Shown here one piece after another: positions 60,081-64,000 of a stretch of 64,000 nt of DNA. The notes under the pieces are model-generated. The model was not told where the DNA came from, ran no database searches, and was given only the letters and a program-made list of their open reading frames with translations. This DNA is from the human T2T-CHM13v2.0 reference genome, Homo sapiens, in assembly GCF_009914755.1 (NCBI RefSeq), contig NC_060938.1. One strand, written 5' to 3'. Within the stretch, counting starts at the first letter, position 1; every line of letters starts with the position of its first letter. Made by a program: the position numbers and the translations under genes.

Positions 60081-60399
60081 ATTGAAGTTAAATGGTTTGT
60101 TGAATGAGATGTATGCAGTAAGATTCAATCAAAAGGCAAATAATTTTGTTCTCACTTCAGGTCTTGGGCTTTCCATAAACCTCTCCTATCTCTGGGTGAA
60201 ATAAAATGCATATCCCCTATGTTTTGGCCAATCTGACATAATAAAATAGGAAACTCAAACTCTAATATAGTTCAAACTGCATATTAAATACCTCCAAGGG
60301 TGCTTCAAAAACTGGGCCCAGGAGAAAGGTGACGGTGAATGGATATCATGTTTAGGGAGAAAGTGACAACTATTGGTGTTTGCTGCATAGACTATATTA

Positions 60400-61460
60400 G
60401 TGTACTGTGCCTTCAGATGTTATTACTTAGTATAAAAGGTGAACAAACTGGGAAGCTTTCTTAAAAACCAATGCAGTTATACACTATGTTCTTTTTATGT
60501 CATTTAGCACTCATATATAATTTAATTCATGTAATGAAAGGATTCATCATAGCAGAGGATACCATAGAAGTGGCTTCCCAACTTCTCAGGCAGCCTCCTG
60601 ATGTGGGTTAGAGCAACAGTTGAAGATAAAATTCTGTGGGGTGGCTTTTGGTGCATTCCTACCAGCTCACACTCTGTTATGTTTCATCAGCCCTTCCAGA
60701 AATCCTTTAAATTACTACCTCGAAATAAATCCCTAAATTAGCTAGAAGGGATTATCTTTTTTTGGTGCAGAACACAGACTGATAGATTAAATATTACACA
60801 GAGATATGGAAGGCCAGAGAATCTCAAGAAAAGGGAAGGCCTAAGTTGCTAAATTGATCTGGTTGGGTTTGAAAGTAATAAATATCTTTCTAGATAGATC
60901 CTAGAATTAAATATCAGAGAACAAGGCAATGCCCCAGCACATAGTCCATAGTTGTGAAGAGGTACTTATAGTTCTATGTGTAGTTGCTTAGAATAAAGTG
61001 CTTATCATGTAACATGTAATGTAAGACTGTGTGTTAGGCTCTTTTACACTTACTTAGCACTCTCATAGAAAAAATAAAATGATTAGATTAGAGACTAAAA
61101 TTCTTCCTCAATGAATTGTCAGAGGATGAGAGATCCATGTTGCCTCTTAGTAGAATCTATCTCTTGAAGGCACAATGCTATTATACAAAAAATTAGGAAA
61201 AGAGTCTGATTCTTTGGGTTGCCAAATTACAAAATAAGTTGTATTGATTGCTTCTGAAAATATCTTATTTAAATTTAGGACATCTGTTGGAAAAGAGTGG
61301 GACTCTAAGAATTGATATGTGGTGCTTTGGTGTAATCAGGTATTTCTCAGTATCTGAAGTCTAAGTTCCACTCAGCCTTTCTTGTCAGCAGAAACAACCC
61401 TTCCCTATCTGACAAGATTGTTCCTCTCCTGTCTGAAGTTGTTAATATGTCACTTGAGGT
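60400..61460 (+). mobile_element. ERVL LTR remnant plus start of ERVL internal (gag-like) region
   Basis: LTR-end-like 'aataaatccct...ctgataga' at ~60785; 'ttaggacatctgttggaaaagagtgggactct' resembles ERVL gag VRALIGKEWDP. Confidence 0.55.
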
Positions 61461-61479
61461 AGTAGACACACAAAGATAT

Positions 61480-63200
61480 ATTACACAGTATGTTAATTTT
61501 TATATTTACATCTTTTGTTCAATATACATTTTTGAGAATCATCTATATTGTTGTATATATTAGTAATTTGTTCCATTTATTGCCAGATAGTATTAATTAA
61601 ATAAATGCATCACAATTTTCTTATTCATTCTCTTATTGATTGACATTTAAGCTCTTTTCAGTTTGGGGCAATATGAATAAAACTACTATGAGCATCTTTT
61701 TAAAATCTTCTTTTAATATATTAAAAAAATTTCTTGTGTAAATATATAGGAGTGGAATTGCCCAGTCATATAATAGTTGTTTAATGACTGTTTTACAAAA
61801 TAGTAGGATATTTTACATAAATTTAAGAGTCTGGTTGCTGCTAATCATTGCTAACATTCAGTGTTATAAATCTTTTTAATTTTAGCCATTTTAGTGGATT
61901 TGATGTAGCATCTTATTGTAGCTTTAGCTGATTTTCTTGATTGCTAATGATGTTGGGCAATATTTCATAATCTTACTGGCCATTCTTCTATCTTTTCTTT
62001 TGAAGTGTCCATTTAAGATGTGGCCTATTTGTTTTATTGAAATTATTTATTTATTATTTTAACTGAATTGCAGAAGTTCTTAATATACTCTAGATTTTAA
62101 ATTTAATGATTAGCAATTTTTATGACCTGTCGAGAAAATTGTGCCACTAAGGTCACAAAGATTTTATCCAATGTTTACTTATAAAAGTTTTATATTTAGT
62201 GGCCACTTACATTATCGGTCCTTTTTGATGTTTTAGCAATTATAAATAATAAACAATTCCATTAAAATAAATTTTATTTCACCTAGTGTTCAAAGTTACA
62301 CTTTTGCTTTCCTTAGGTTTATTTATCTTAGAATATCTTCTTCCATTCCTTTACTATCAAGCTTTCTTTATCTACCACTGTCCTCTTTCAAAATGTGTTC
62401 ATGGTTGTTACATAATGCTGGATCTTGTTTTTACAAATTTTTAGGATTTCTCTTTTGGTAAATGAATTTAACTTATTTACATTTATTTTAATCAGTGAAT
62501 AGATACAATATTCTTCTGTACATATGCAAATTGTATAAGTTTGACTTTTTGTGCTTCACTTAACATGTCATTTATAAAGGTCATTTAAAACCTTTTCCTC
62601 TATTACTTTCTTGACATAATGAAAATTTCCTTCCTGTCAAAATACCTGGCATATATTCATTTCCTGATTGTTCCCTCAGTACTCCAACCTCCAAAACCAT
62701 CATTTGGTATTGTTTTATTCAGTTATGCATTCTTTTGAATTTTTTTATTATACATTTAGATAATAGTATAATTCAGTAAGTTATTTACTGACCCTTACAC
62801 ACAATTTACATATTAGCATCCTCTTAGATTTATCACAATCCTTATTTGGTTATTCCCTCCATTTATAATTTTGATTAGGTTCTTTTGTTGTAAAACTTTT
62901 GAGACTTTTTGTGTTATTAAAAATAACTTTATATGTTTATTTAAAATTAGTTTGCTAGTATAAAATTATGGCATTTATTTATTTAAGTTATTTTTCCTTA
63001 ATAACTTGAAAATGATGTAACACTGTTTTCTTGCCTGCAGTGTAAGTGATTCCTCATGTCAATAGGTTGCTTGCTCATTTAGGGCAAAAGCTTTCTCTAG
63101 AAGCTTTGGGAAATGTCATGGTATTTTAGATACTCTTGCTTGAATTTCACTATAATTTATAATTTATCTAGATGTATGTGTGCATATTGATAAATCTTTT
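61480..63200 (-). mobile_element. Ancient L1ME-type fragments
   Basis: 'tttgagaatcatctatattgttg...cagtttggggcaatatgaataaaactactatgagcat...aattttagccatt'. Confidence 0.6.
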
Positions 63201-63319
63201 TGGATTGTTTTTATCTTGTATATATATATATAAGATTATATAAAACTTGAATTTTCTATCCTTTGTCTATATATAAAATATAAAAACTATATGTAAAACT
63301 ATATAAAAACTTTATATAT

Positions 63320-63697
63320 AAAGGGTCAAGCAGAGAGACATTTAGTATAAGGAAATGGCTCATGTGGTTGTAGACTTATGAGGTTGTATGGGCTGGCAAG
63401 CTAAAATTCTGTAAGGCAGTCCAATATACTGAAAATAGGCAGCAGTTAAATGCTGCAGTCTTGAGGCAAAATTTCTTCTTCAATGGGAAACCTCAAGTTT
63501 TCCTCTGAAAGCTTTCAACTGATTGGATGATCCTCACCCACATTATTGAGGATAATCTCCTTCACTTAATGTCAAAAGGTTGTAGATCTTAACCACATGT
63601 ATAAAATACTTTCATAGCAACACCTAGTAGGTTTGATTTGATTAAATAACTGGTTACGGTGACCTGGCCAAGTTAATATATAAAATTGACTATCACA
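63320..63697 (-). mobile_element. MLT2 (ERVL) LTR
   Basis: 'tataaggaaatggctcatgtggttg...ctggccaagttaatatataaaattgactatcaca'. Confidence 0.75.
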
Positions 63698-64000
63698 GCT
63701 ACCTTTCCAGTTTTAAGGAGGCACTGACTTACCTAGTAAATAGGGAAGAGAAAAGATCCCCCAAGCATTCCCCATCGAAGATGTCCAATGAACTTATCTG
63801 AACTGCCCATTTTCACACACATGGAGAAACAATGACTTTCTTCTTCGCCAAAAGTTCATAATTTTACATTTTGTTCTTTGATCCATCAATGTCTTTTTAT
63901 TTATATTGTATATGTAGGACTGCCTTGGAGGAAGGAGCCAAATGTCCATATGAGTTTTCCATATTCTCTGAAAATAGAAGACTTCAAAGAAGTTTGGGTA

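Overview
Primate (very probably human) AT-rich, repeat-saturated intergenic or deep-intronic DNA. No intact host protein-coding gene, RNA gene or CRISPR array is supportable. The window is mostly nested retroelements: (1) an ancient + strand L1M (~11.8-27.7 kb) hosting an MST LTR, L1MC/L1MA fragments, Alus, a young 5'-truncated L1PA2-like element (19805-25502; ORF1 and ORF2 both disabled) and an MLT1A0 solo LTR; (2) an apparently full-length - strand L1MA (33.5-47.75 kb) split by a near full-length L1PB; (3) a THE1 provirus, several MaLR/ERVL/ERV1 LTRs, about 11 Alus, MIRs and hAT MERs. The only host-gene-derived sequence is a ~250 bp spliced fragment of WSB2 (WD40/SOCS-box) at ~26.8-27.04 kb. 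It has no poly(A), stops at the inferred end of exon 4 and runs into unrelated sequence, so it may be an RNA-templated repair insert from a partly spliced transcript. Other notable items: a 36-bp templated insertion copied from 2.2 kb away, a 76-bp foreign 5' leader inside the L1PB target-site duplication, a truncated L1 ORF0 that keeps its first splice donor, and a strong candidate non-coding exon. I found no convincing new biological system. Subfamily names and consensus comparisons come from memory, and boundaries of old elements are approximate.
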